Below are positions 49,401-61,833 of a stretch of 64,000 nucleotides of DNA, piece after piece. This DNA is from Antedon mediterranea. Lineage: Eukaryota; Animalia; Echinodermata. The DNA is taken from the NCBI RefSeq assembly GCF_964355755.1, contig NC_092680.1, positions 20,469,045 to 20,533,044 on the forward strand. The letters run 5' to 3'. Every line of letters starts with the position of its first letter. Position 1 is the stretch's first letter. The notes beneath the pieces were generated by a model, which saw nothing but the letters and a program-made list of their open reading frames with translations, ran no database searches and was not told the DNA's origin. A program made the translations under genes and the position numbers.

Positions 49401-52400
49401 ATAAAATAAGCACCCCTCATTCAAAAAATCAACTGCGCTTTACAAATTCAAAAGCATTTATAACCCACCTTACTGACACACAATTATAATTGTTTATTTA
49501 TTGAGATAATGCTAATTATTATTTATTTTCATTAATATTTAATTTCTTAAAACAAACACATGTGCATTTAATAATTTCTGTCAGACTGAAATTATTTAAT
49601 ATTCATCATCAAATATCAATATTACATTTTAATGCATAAATACAGATGTTTTGCTTTCATATATTTTTTTGATAGTTTATTTTAGCATTGTCTCCTATTT
49701 CAGATAAATTGAAAGAAACAAGATATTAAAGCATTTGATTTATTATTTTTTGAACTTGTTATTTTGGAGAATGAAAATTTCTTTTCTTGCACTTCCATTT
49801 TTCCTTCCTCAATTTAACTTTTATTTTAAATGTACAGTTCATATTATAATGTTTATTTCTGGTGTTCTAGATTTATAAAGAAAACAGGCCTTAATCTGGA
49901 AGAAAAAATACATCATTTGCTAAGTTATGATCCAAAAGAGGACAGACTCCTGCCAGGTCTTTTGGCGGAAAGTACGTCACAGATCATCAAAAGACAACTC
50001 TGCCAGCTTCTCCAAGACGAAGGCATCAGCGTCGATCGTAGCTTAGAAATTGTTGAAGATTGCTACAAAGAGATGGGCACAATAGACGCAAATGTGTTAG
50101 TCTCGCACGGAGATGTAAACAAGTTAATGACCGAGATTAAGGAACAAGAGATCAAAATAGCAGTGTGTACGGCAGATACAAGAGCAGGGACCATAAACAC
50201 TCTCAAAGTGATAGATGTTGAACATCTGGTTGACATGGTTGTTTGTTCAGATGATCCTGGACTGCTCCCCAAGCCTAATGCAGATGCTGCCTTTGCTATT
50301 TGTGAGAAGTTAGGCGTGGAACCAGAGAGGACCGTTATGGTTGGAGACACAATGACGGACATCAACTTTGGCATCAATGCTGGCCTCGGAAATATTGTTG
50401 GTAAGAAACAATTTTATTTTACTTTAGAAATATTTAAATTTATAAATAAGATTGACACACTCTATACATACAGTACAAATAGATTATGAAAGGAAAAATA
50501 TCTTTTGAAAAATTATATTGATAACGTCCATTTGTATATCGCCATTCCAACGATCATTGCTCATGGCGCTGTGGACTTAAAATTTACACTCTTGAACATG
50601 CTTCTTCTCTAATAAGGGCCACGTCACGTTCTCTCATCTGTCTACGACACATGAGTAATCCCCTACTTGTTTTAAAAGATGTACCGTACAGGTTCTTTAA
50701 AGTGCACACACAAGCATTTTTTGTACACTGGACTTAATAGTTTTTTAGTCCTTATCTGAGAATATTTCAAGTTCTACCTCAAGAACTATGAAGTGAGTGA
50801 GTGAGCCTTTAACCCTTGCCGATATTATAGCTATAGATTACTGTTCTTGTCTTAACTGCTCATCCACTCACTAATTCAACTTAATAAATTTTTCCTTTCT
50901 GTTATAGGTGTTCTGAGTGGCGTTTCAACGAAGAAAGATTTGCACAAATCTGCAGATTATGTCATTGATGATATTCAAGGTCTTACAAGCCTGTTCCTCA
51001 ACCGCAGTTCTCAATTACCAAATAAGCCACAGCGTCATGGCGTTTTTAATACGCCGGCTCGTTCATTTTCAACAACTTCAAATCGTTCTCAGGAATACTC
51101 TCACGTGATTGTAGGAGCAGGGTCAGCAGGTTGTATTCTTGCGAACCGTCTAACCGAAGATCAATCTAACAATGTCATGTTGCTAGAGGCTGGGCCTAAA
51201 GACTACACTTGGAAGATCCACATGCCTGCTGCGTTAGTTTACCCTCTGTGTGATGATAAGTATAACTGGTTTTACCACACTGTCCCTCAAACACATATGA
51301 ATAGTAGAAAGATGTACCAACCCCGTGGTAGAGTCTGGGGTGGGTCATCGTCCCTGAATGCAATGTGTTATGTCAGAGGTCATGCTTTAGACTACGATGG
51401 CTGGGAAAAGGCCGGAGCTGAAGGTTGGTCCTACGCCGATTGTTTGCCGTACTTTAAGAAAGCTCAGTGCCATGAGTCAGGTGAAAGTGAATATCGAGGG
51501 GGAAGCGGACCGCTGAATGTGTCGCGCGGTAAAACAAATAATCCACTATTTAACGTTTTTCTAGAGGCAGGGCAACAAGCAGGGTACCCTCGTACTCAGG
51601 ATTATAATGGATATCAATTCGAAGGATTTGATTTTATGGATTTTACAATTCACAAAGGCATTCGTTGGAGTACAGCAAATGCGTATTTGCGACCTGCTCT
51701 GAAAAGGTCAAACTTAAAGGTCACTAGTAAAACACTTACGACAAGGGTTCTATTTGACGGAACTAAAGCTGTTGGTGTGGAGTACAAACAGGGTGGGGAG
51801 ATTAAAACTGTACGAGCAGATAAAGTTATTTTAAGTTGTGGGTCGATAAACACGCCACAGCTGTTGATGTTGTCTGGAGTGGGAAATGCAGATGAATTGA
51901 AGAAACATGACATTCCAGTTGTTAACCATCTACCAGGAGTTGGACAAAACCTGCAAGACCATTTAGAAGTTTATGTTCAGATGGCTTGCTCACAGCCAGT
52001 CTCCCTTTATAAAGCACAGTGGAAATTTCCTCACAACATGATTAAGATTGGCCTCCAGTGGTTTCTCCTCCAAACTGGTTTAGGAGCGACTTCTCATCTA
52101 GAAGCGGTTGCATTCATCCGAAGCCGTGCTGGTGTAGAATATCCAGATATCCAGTTCCACTTCCTGCCATCCTCTGTCAAAGATCATGGCCGGGTAAATC
52201 CTGAACAACATTCTTTTCAAGTACACGTTGGAGCGCAAAGACCAGAAAGTCGCGGGACAATCGCGCTCCAATCCAAAAACCCTAAAGACCATCCGTTAAT
52301 AGATCCAAATTATCTGTCGACAGAAAACGATCGATGGGAAATGAGAGAATGCATCAAACTTGCACGAGAAATTTTTGAACAAGATGCGTTTGCAGCATAT

Positions 52401-52742
52401 CGTGGGAAAGAGATTTTACCCGGGGTAGATATGCAATCGGATGAACAACTAGATGCGTTTGTAAGAGAACATGGAGAGACTGCATACCATCCGTCTTGCT
52501 CTGCCAAAATGGGCAGTGAAAAAGATCCAATGGCTGTTGTTAATAAAAGAACTGAGGTATTTGGAATGGAGAACCTGTACATTGTGGATGCCTCAATAAT
52601 GCCAAATGTGACCACTGGCAATCTGAATGCACCTGTTACCATGATGGCTGAGAAGGCAGCTGATATTTTTCGTGGTCGAGAAAAACTCGCTCCATCAGAT
52701 GCCCCAGTTTACAAACCATCGAGTATAGAAACGCAACGTTGA
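46494..52742 (+). CDS. CHDH: Fusion: mitochondrial presequence + HAD-superfamily (class IA) phosphatase + choline dehydrogenase (GMC oxidoreductase); 860 aa, 4 exons
   Basis: Exons 46494-46509, 48930-49131, 49871-50400 and 50908-52742 total 2583 nt; all junctions are GT-AG and phase-compatible. HAD motifs: LIIFDKDGTL, VCTAD, PKPN, VMVGDTMTD, ..GVLSGV..ADYVIDDI. CHDH motifs: VIVGAGSAGC, IHMPAAL, PRGRVWGGSSSLNAM, VGQNLQDHLE, YHPSC, GNLNAPVTMMAEKAAD. Exon 1 is the least certain part. Confidence 0.88.
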
Positions 52743-53262
52743 TCAAAACACCTTTTAAATCTGCATATCTCAGTGTATTCCAATGTGGACACTTGTATGT
52801 GTTTGTTGCTGCAAGTTCAGGGCACTTTAACATGAATTTTCCATTATTACAAACTTTTTTAACTTGATTGATATCATTGTTGATTGTTGATTGATGTCAT
52901 TATTTTTATTCAATTGAAATACAGAATCTATTATTTTCAAGTCAATTTAAATTCAAAAGCAAGTAACGGAAAAAAAATAACAATGCTGTGGATAATTTAA
53001 ACATTAAGTTAAACAGTAAGATAATATATTTTATAATAACAATATAATATTTAAGAAAAATAATATAAAGCAATATAATACTGTAGTTAAGCAAGTAAAC
53101 TAAATTTCATTAAGTGAGTTATTGGTTTACTTATCGTTTAATTAGCCAAAATAATTTTTTTTAATTCATCAAAATTTAACAATAAAATTTATCAATTTGC
53201 CAAATAGTGTTATTTTATAGATTAAAGTACTCTGTTTGATTATTGGATTAAACTTTTGAGTT

Positions 53263-53375
53263 GTTTTCTATTACGTACTATATTAGTACGATATGTGATT
53301 TGTTTTTCTATTACGTACTATATTAGTACGATATGTGATTTTTTTTTCTATTACGTACTATATTAGTATGTGATT
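53263..53375. repeat. ~40-bp tandem repeat x3
   Basis: TTTTCTATTACGTACTATATTAGTACGATATGTGATT repeated. Confidence 0.9.
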
Positions 53376-53778
53376 TTGTTTATAATACAGTATTTTAAAT
53401 AATAATGAGAACTGTGTAATAAATGAACGGCGGATCGGGTGTAGTGTTCTGTCCTGTTTCTTTTGTTGTAGGCTTTACTCATGGGTACTGATCAACAGAT
53501 AGTGCATAATCAACTTCTCAGAACGGACTCGATATCATAACTGTAGTATATCGTATGTCTCCAATATAGTTTCATGTTTTCCGTATAGAACCAGTGTTGG
53601 AGTTCTCGATTATCGCAAGCGTACAATTTTATTGCATAATGGGTTTATTTTTAAAGTCGAAAATGTATTGTGATTTATTTGTTCATGTTAGAGTTGGGTT
53701 TGACACTCAATCAATGGAGGCCAAAGGTGTTAGCTAGTAACCACGCACATCAGAACCCCCACCACCCCCTTATCCTCC

Positions 53779-55390
53779 TAGCTGCTGAATATTGTGAAAA
53801 ATAGAACTGCTTGGTCCCCGGAAATTTCACTTATACTTTGAAATATGCCATCGTGAGTGTTTCCAAATTGCGAGCCAGTGAGGAATACAATGCCTGTACA
53901 CAGTAATCCATGCGAAAAACATGAGGGTAATTCAACAGATCAAAATTAATAAATACAAACAGCGCGAACCACACACAAAAGCCTAATTAATAAGTTTAAT
54001 ATTTGCACAATTCATAAAACAATTACACTAATCACCCAGATGCGACTTCAAAGTGTTAGGTGGGTTTTTTCCCTATTTAAAAACTCTGCTTCATACACCA
54101 TAAGTTCATATTTTATAATGTTGATCTGTTTAATTACCCTCATGTTTCGCATGAATTTTCATTTCATATTTCAAAGTATAAGTGCAATTTCCGGGGACCA
54201 AGCAGCTCTATTTTTTCACAATTTTCTTCGATTAGCTAAAATTTTTTTTTTAAATCCACAGAGTTTCGAACCCAACTTGCGCTTAGAGTATTAGCGGAAA
54301 CCTAGCAGCTCTATTTTTCAAAATTGTCTTTGCTCAGCCTAAAGTATGGTGGTTACGTACTGAAGATTCTTATATATTTTCTTTCAAAATATATGTATCA
54401 TTTCCGGGGATCTTGCAGCTCTATTTTAAACACTACAGTTTTGGTACAGGGACGGCCATGCGTTGTTATGTTACGTTACGCCACAAAAGTATATGACAAA
54501 CTAAACAGCTGACAATAGCCTATTTATACGCGCGTATTTATACGTAATTCATCGTCATTATGCTTCATCAGGCTATTCATGAACATCATCTTGAGGGAAA
54601 AAATATATCTCACTTCCAAAATAAAAGAAAACGATATTTATTTTCCTTTAAAAAAAAGATATGTAGAGATTTGAACCGAAGACATAGCTGAAAGTAGGCC
54701 TACTCAAGACAGAGCATTTCCCATTACGCCACAAATTACATGATTAAACATCTGGAAATAGTCTTGCTTCATTATACGTAATTCATTGTCATAAATAGGC
54801 ATATTAACCTTGTTAAAACCTAGATGACCAGTTAGCTCCGTCGACTGAGCGTCGTGTTAGTAACACGGATATCGTGGGTTCGATTCTCACGCAGGTCGGT
54901 GGAATAGAGGTAAAGATATGCGAGCAACTGACGTGTTTGGGGTTGTTCACAGAATTATACGTCCCCCTTTCCACCACACATTATGAGGCAGCACTAGCAA
55001 TGCATCTGATGATGATGTGGTGGAAATGACCCCAAGGCTGTGGCAGGGCCTTAGTGGCTGAGGCAGGGAGAGCACACCTTTCTGTTTTTCTCTGTGGCTT
55101 AAAACTGTTTCGATCTCGTAATTTTTTGTTTAGCGCCCTCAATTTAAAAAAACCCTTGTTATAAAAATTAGGGACAAAAATAGACCGTTTTGTAAAGATG
55201 CCGATGTCGAAGTCCTGCATGAAATGAATTAATATTTCGTACTAATTTCAAGTAATAATGATTTCAATTTTCTGGGATTTTCTAGCAGCTCTATTTTTTA
55301 ATTCTTAGCTCCGCCTAAACCATGGTGGGCTAATAAGAGATAATATACGGTGCAATTTTCTGCAGTGGAACCTATATAATAGCAGCTAGT
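53779..55390. mobile_element. Foldback-type element with long internal inverted repeat
   Basis: 53792-53850 TTGTGAAAAATAGAACTGCTTGGTCCCCGGAAATTTCACTTATACTTTGAAATATG is inverted at 54165-54221, with an inner inverted repeat at ~53910-53943 / 54121-54153. The motif GCAGCTCTATTTT recurs at ~54305, ~54415 and ~55285. Outer ends are CTAGCTGCT..AGCAGCTAG. Confidence 0.5.
54826..55100 (+). mobile_element. tRNA-derived SINE (head 54826-54897 resembles tRNA-Ile/Thr)
   Basis: GACCAGTTAGCTC..GAGCGTCGTGTTAGTAACACGG..GTGGGTTCGATTCTCAC has A and B boxes, an imperfect acceptor stem and no T-run terminator, and is followed by a GC-richer body. Confidence 0.6.
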
Positions 55391-56984
55391 TAAAGGAGGG
55401 AGGGAGGTTAGTTCCGCATTTACAATGTTTGCACCCTCACGGTCGCAGACAGACCAGACTACGTCTGGTAATATCTATAAAAATCGTATTGTAATTGTTT
55501 AAATTTATATAGTATATACACATTATAGTATAGTTAAACAAGTCAATTGGTTCTTTCCTATACAACGCGCTCTTGTGGAAGCGAACGTGTCTCGAGTGGT
55601 CCTCACTATGTATTGTATGATGCCCTAGTCCTCTTCTTTCTCGGAGCTTTTGATGCTGGAGGAGAGAATAAATCAAATTAAAATAATGAAATACATCAAT
55701 TTATTTATATTCATATATCGCTTAGAAATCAATATATTCAGGTCACAAACAAAAAGGTGAGAAGTACGTAACCTCTTGGGAAATTTGTCACGTAAACCGA
55801 TGAGGGAGAACACTGAAAACACGTATATAGTATTACAAACAATCAAATACACTGTAAAGTGTCAAACATACGCTGTCCAAGAAACAAACCGTAAATGATG
55901 ACGTGCTTCCCGCGCGTATAAGTTGATAGAGGCGCGCCTACGCACAATTATTTAGTCATAATTGTAAGTTAAAAACATTTTGAGTTCAATCATGAAGGAA
56001 TCGATGTATACCTCCATGATGTAACGTTAAAAAGAATTGACAGAAAACCCAGCCGGAGTTGGTCTTCATTATATCTTAAGACATTAAACCGGTGGCCCAG
56101 CGTTTGCACAAGTTGCCTATTAAAAAAGAGTGGGTATCTCCCAAGTTATGGTAGTAATTGTCATCACTGATTTTGTTTGTACAATTAGTAAAACAAAAAC
56201 TTGAAAATATATATTTTCTTTGTATAGAAACTTCAATGATGGCTCTCTGACAATGCGCAACACCACACCCGTGACGTCACTGTTATTGTTTCAAAGCCAA
56301 TCTCTCAACTTTTCCTGCAAAAATAGGTCCTCTAATAATAGATATAAAAACAAAAAAATGTTTAAACTAGGTATGATGATGATAATGATAAAGTCTTTCA
56401 TACAACCGTTCGTTCGGGGACCGTTGAACTGTGAAAAATTGCAGAATTCAGATTTACGACAAGTTTTTTTGATCTATCATCCTAGATATTTGCCTCTAAC
56501 TATTATTATACAAATTCCGTTCCTTGTACTTTAGATTGCTGAATTTAAAAAAATCACATCATTTAATTAGGAATAACCATTCACCTTATTTTAAATGATT
56601 TAGACTAAAGTGTTCATTGGCGTTATATATGCAAATACGAATCATTTCAAAATGCTCATATGTTATATTCTTAATTTTAGCATTTATTTTGAGTACGGTA
56701 GTCATGATGGCATTGACAGCGTTGTTATCTGTCTGCAGGCATTACTAATCATGGCCGTTAATTTTTAATCTATTTGCACTTAAGTAAACTCGTCATGTGT
56801 TAAAATTGAGCTTTCTATTTCCGTCATTCGCCTAAACGAAGCTGTTGAGTACAAGCGTCATTCATAATGACTTATTCGCGTAGTAGTTGCATGCGCGTCT
56901 CTGTCACGTTAATTCAGATCGCACACCTAGTATTCTGTCACTGTGAATAGACACGCCCCACTCTTTCTTGTTCTGCTTCTTCAG

Positions 56985-57160
56985 GATTTGACAGTCCACT
57001 GCAGGACATATCCTTCCTCCAAAGCTCTCCATTGTTTCTCTCCTTTTTGCTATAAAGATCAACCAATTGTTGATTTCCTCGGGTCATCTCTCCGTCAAAT
57101 TCTGGATTTGCCACCTCTTTTCCTTATTTCTTGTCCTTGGTTGCCTTAGCCCTGCTTGTC
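56985..57160 (-). mobile_element. Decayed RTE-clade LINE C-terminal fragment
   Basis: The minus strand encodes WRALEEGYVLQWT, resembling the end of RTE ORFs, preceded by a frameshifted QPRT..KR..RDD segment. Confidence 0.45.
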
Positions 57161-59470
57161 CATCCATGTATGTATACATTATACCTCCATGGCCCATCAT
57201 TGTCCTGAAGTATTGCACTCTTTTATTGCACGTAATAAAACCTCCTAACTCAAGAATTCGCATGTATAAAACTTCAATCTAAAAAGAAAATTATAATCCC
57301 GTGACGTGAAACTAACGTCGTTTTTTATTTGGCCTAATCAACTGGGATTATGTATTTCTTTTATTCCCAATAGTTCTTATAGTTAATATCATTTCGAAAA
57401 TCCTAATTAATGACAAAGATCTTATCACGACAAAATATTCATCATAATAAGTCATAACTATTATTTAGTAACTATATCCGTAATGGATACAATCTAATGT
57501 TAGGTGATCTGTTAAGATTAACTCTTTCGTTTCTCACGATAGGTCTACGGACTTAACATAAATGTATAAGTAATTAATATACACGTTTATTTGTATTTGA
57601 TTAAGTTCAGTTACAAGGCACAGGCAAGAAAAAAAAAGGCAGTGACGTGTCAATAAGGGGGAGAAGCCAAACATGTGAATAGATAGCTAGGCCTACCTAA
57701 AATAAAGCAGCTTCTCCCTATTATGCTAATAGTAAAGGATGTTTTTACTTTACGGTTACTTTATTTCTTTATCTTAAATATTGTTTTACTGGACCGCATC
57801 GAATGCTGATAGTTACATCACAATACTTCTACAGTAAAAGGTCACGTGGCTACACAATGAACCTAAGAAAGGATGACAATTAAATTAGAAACATTATCTG
57901 CTATTCGATTCCGTACGATACAAAATTTTTCAATTTTTATTTAATTTCATAAAATATATATAGACCTGGTATATGATCCGTTAGTGAGATATGAGTGGCG
58001 AGCGAACAGGAGATCAGGGACTTACATTCTTATGCTTATAATCTTTTTGCGACAGGTTAAAACTTGTTAAATCCGCTTACAGAACCAAAAGGTTAAAATA
58101 AAATAAAATCAATCAGTCCAAAACATCGAATTGTACTACTAGGCCTAACATTATGTTTAATTGAGTAATCTGTTGAACCAAAGGCCTAACATAAAGAGTG
58201 AATTCGCCTAACACAAGTAAAACAAACATAGAGTCGGAAATCTTCACTGTATAGTCTCTACACTAACCTACCAGATTTATATACAATGAGTGTAATTTCC
58301 CTTCGTTTGATTGTTGTTACTTGTACAAGAATAATTTGTCTATCAGACAAACCTATAAATAGGTGATGGTGTGCTACTAAAATTACTGTGGACACTAGCC
58401 GTCATTTGTGTGTCTACTTATCAAAGCATGTCGTCGTATGTCAAATACATTCTGTAAATGAATTAGACCATGATGCTGCAAAATAAAACCATAAACAAAA
58501 TAATCGTTTCTACCGTAGACGTGCGCTTGTATTTCTGTAGGTTTCTGTGCGACACTAAAGTTCTGTCTACACTATCAAACTAGTTTAACTAGTTCAAACT
58601 AGTTCAAACTAGTTCAAACTAGTTTAACATAAAAGTGTGATGTGCACAAATATGGTAGTTATATGACATCATCGTGTCCATATAATATGGACACGATGAT
58701 GTCATATTACTACCATATTTCGGCATAATCACTACCATATTAATTTGTGCACATCACACTTTTTTTATCTGCGCATCACATGTTTTTGGAAAGTTTGATA
58801 GTTTAGGCAGATTCTTTATTCCGCCACAAACAATCTACATCCTGATGTTGTTCCCCCTTAATGATTGGTCAAATGTCAATGAATGAAGCAAGTCACAAGT
58901 GTCAATTGAAGAAATACAGTTTATGAACTTCATGTGCTCTGGCCTCTTCCGTTTAGCATATTTTAAATTTTTTTTTAATCAAAGGAATATTAATAATTTA
59001 TTTTAATACTTCTTTGTCAATAATGTTAACGTTATATTTGAAAGAAGAAACAAATATTACTTACTTACTTACTATTTTCAGTACCGGTAGGTCTACACTG
59101 AGAATAATTAATACATAATTCGTAAGTAAATCTCTCAGAAGAGATTCGAACCCATAACCTCCAGATCACGGAGTTCATCTATACATCTGACCATTGGTCT
59201 GATTTAATTAACTTTACAGTAAACCATCCCAGTAGTTACTATTATTAACTATAAATTAGTTGTATTGTTTTTTTAAATAACGAAATCCTTCATAATGAAG
59301 CACCAGTTCATGTTTCATGTTTCAACTAGTTTCAATGTAACTAATTAATCTCCTTGCGAATATAATAATTATGACCTTGTACTCTGCAAGAAAGAACAGC
59401 TTTTTCCCCTCCAAAAAACATTTTGAGTATGTGTGATTGATAGTCTAAAACTGAAATATTTATGATTAAA

Positions 59471-59776
59471 AGATGTATTATCCTCCAAAAACATGAAACA
59501 TGAAGATTACCGTATTTAAATCAGACTCTTTGAATAGGCCATCTTGTAGTTTTAACCCAGTGAATCACTTCCGTAGAAAAAAAGACCCTGAAAAAGTAAT
59601 GTTTTCACTTATAAATTGACAAAATAAACGGCTAAATTCAACCAAAAACTTTTAATTAAAATTTGATTAGCAAAATACATTTTTTTAAATCTAATTTTGT
59701 TCAAGTGAATAACTATTGACATTCAAGTGGCATATTCAACAACAACAAAAACAATTTTCAGGGAGACAATATATCT
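59471..59776. mobile_element. Kolobok-like MITE
   Basis: AGATGTATTATCCTCC ... GGGAGACAATATATCT followed by TTAA; TTAA also lies just upstream. Confidence 0.6.
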
Positions 59777-61823
59777 TTAAATAAAAGAAAAGCTATATTA
59801 ATGTTTAGATTATATTTATGTTTTACCTCTTCATTGAAATATTATATACAAGATTTTGTGTATAATGTATACATATAATAACAGTTTGGGTGAGGTCTAT
59901 AAGTCAACCGCCTTGGAACAACAATTCTTAAAAAGCTGAGCGTTCAATTATACTGCTTTCAAGATTGGGAAAAATACACCCAAAACATCCGTACGGCACT
60001 CGTGACAAAACGAAATCAACTAATTTGTAAGAACACACTTTGCCTAGTATGCACAGACTAATGAATACATTTATTATAATATAATAATAATAATACAATA
60101 ATTATTCTAAAAACAATAAATGCAAGTTTAGGTAAACATGAGATAAAGAATATTATAAGATACATCAATGTTTGACTATCTACTATTACTCAATAACACT
60201 ATTTCATTTAATTATCCCTTTCGTTACGAGTACTTAATACGAATAAATGAACGCTTGACTGATTCCAAATTGATTGTTAAGCTATTTACATTTGATATTG
60301 GCAAGTCTAATTGGGTTCTGCGCCGTTAAGTATTGCAGCAATCCGAGAAATTCGACACCACTTTGCAAGAAAAAGTCGTTGAAAGCTTGTAATACGCATA
60401 CAAATGACACAGTCAGTACCATCCTCATGAATAAACAACAACTTCTGTTACTGTTTTGCAACAAATTCACAGTGAAAATGTAGAGAAACTATCGTGGGAA
60501 TATTGTAAATATTTGTTAAGTGTATTGTTTTGTTAGCTATCTATTTGATAATAGGATGTTCACACTTGGTGTATTCGATTAGCACCATCGCTACAAATAA
60601 AGTAGTATTACGGTTTAATAATACAATAATAGAAAACAAAATCGCAATCTATTTAATCACACACATACATGTCAACAACGTGCTAAGAACCATTAAGGAA
60701 CCAATAAACTCAAATAATATAAGCGAAAATTGTTATTATTCCAGTGAACTTAAAACAAAGAACGTACAAAAGTTAGAAAAGCTATCGAAAAAAAAAACCG
60801 TAAAAGCAGCTCAAATAAAATACTTCAACAATTTCTAAAAAAATGTTTTTTTTATTTAGTTTAAATATATTTTAGCAAAATTGTTACTATTCCATTGAAC
60901 TTAAAAAACAAAGTTGGAAAAGCTTTTGAAAAAATCCGCAGCTGATAAACTACTTAAAACATTTTTTAAAAAATGATTTTTTTTTTAGTCAGTTGAAATT
61001 TATTTTAGCATAAAATTAGTTAGATAAATAATTATCTATTTAGAGTGTACGTCTAATAACGTAGTTTAAAAATCAAACTGAATACTCATAGGGTCTACAA
61101 CTATCTAATAATGAAGGTAGCAATATTTGTTATTTAGCAACATTGAGGAATTTAGAAATGTTCTTCCTCACGCCAAAAATGTGAAACTTGGTATTACATT
61201 CGTTGATGAGACGTTTTTGATCCTGTAATTTGGCCTACATGTTTTTAATACTCACCGAAACTTTTATTTTATTATTCAAATATAAGATTACATTTATAAA
61301 TGTGTAAAAGGAAAGAGATTTAATGGTTCTACATGATGCAAGCACTTGTAATAATACTATTCAATCAAATATTTCAGCAAAAGTCAAAATCCAGCATTGA
61401 ATAGACACTGTTCACACATTATAGTTATTAAAGTCATCATCATCACCGCTATTGCAGCATCGCATAAGGAAACACATATTTAAATGACAGAACATACCTG
61501 GAATCCTTATTAGCTGCGTTATTCTATTTAATTAAAGATATGATCATCGCAATGTTGCCGCTATTCGAGTTCGTGCGAGTATAACCATTCCTATTCGCTG
61601 ATACTTCGTACCGCCTACAAATCCATGGTACACACGCCATCACTACCCGGCGGATCATTCTTAAATTGTAAGACGACAAAACAGACTCTTGGAGCTAGTT
61701 AACAAACAGTATTGTAATTAATGATACTTTAATAGGATAATTAGGCCCTATTCGAGTTCTAAAACATTGATTAGCGTAAATCTAAACCTTTGGTTTTCAT
61801 TTTTGGTTCAACAACAAAAAATC

Positions 61824-61833
61824 ATGGATAGCG
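61824..61833 (+). CDS. Possible short first coding exon (MDS-) of a gene extending beyond the window
   Basis: AAAAATC-ATG-GAT-AGC-G|GTAAGT has a good start context and a consensus donor. No downstream exon was identified. Confidence 0.25.

Noticed and set aside
50940-52742. Stand-alone or bacterial-contaminant betA gene starting at TTG 50940
   Set aside because: It is preceded by a canonical acceptor (TTTCCTTTCTGTTATAG) in frame with upstream exons, and is embedded among intron-rich animal genes.
54826-54897. Functional tRNA-Thr(AGT) gene
   Set aside because: The acceptor stem is mismatched, the D-loop lacks GG and there is no terminator. It is better explained as a SINE head.
55690-56320. 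Possible terminal exon/3'UTR of a minus-strand gene (acceptor near 56315, AATAAA near 55703)
   Set aside because: All frames stop within about 10 codons and no upstream coding exon could be linked. Not supportable without transcript data.
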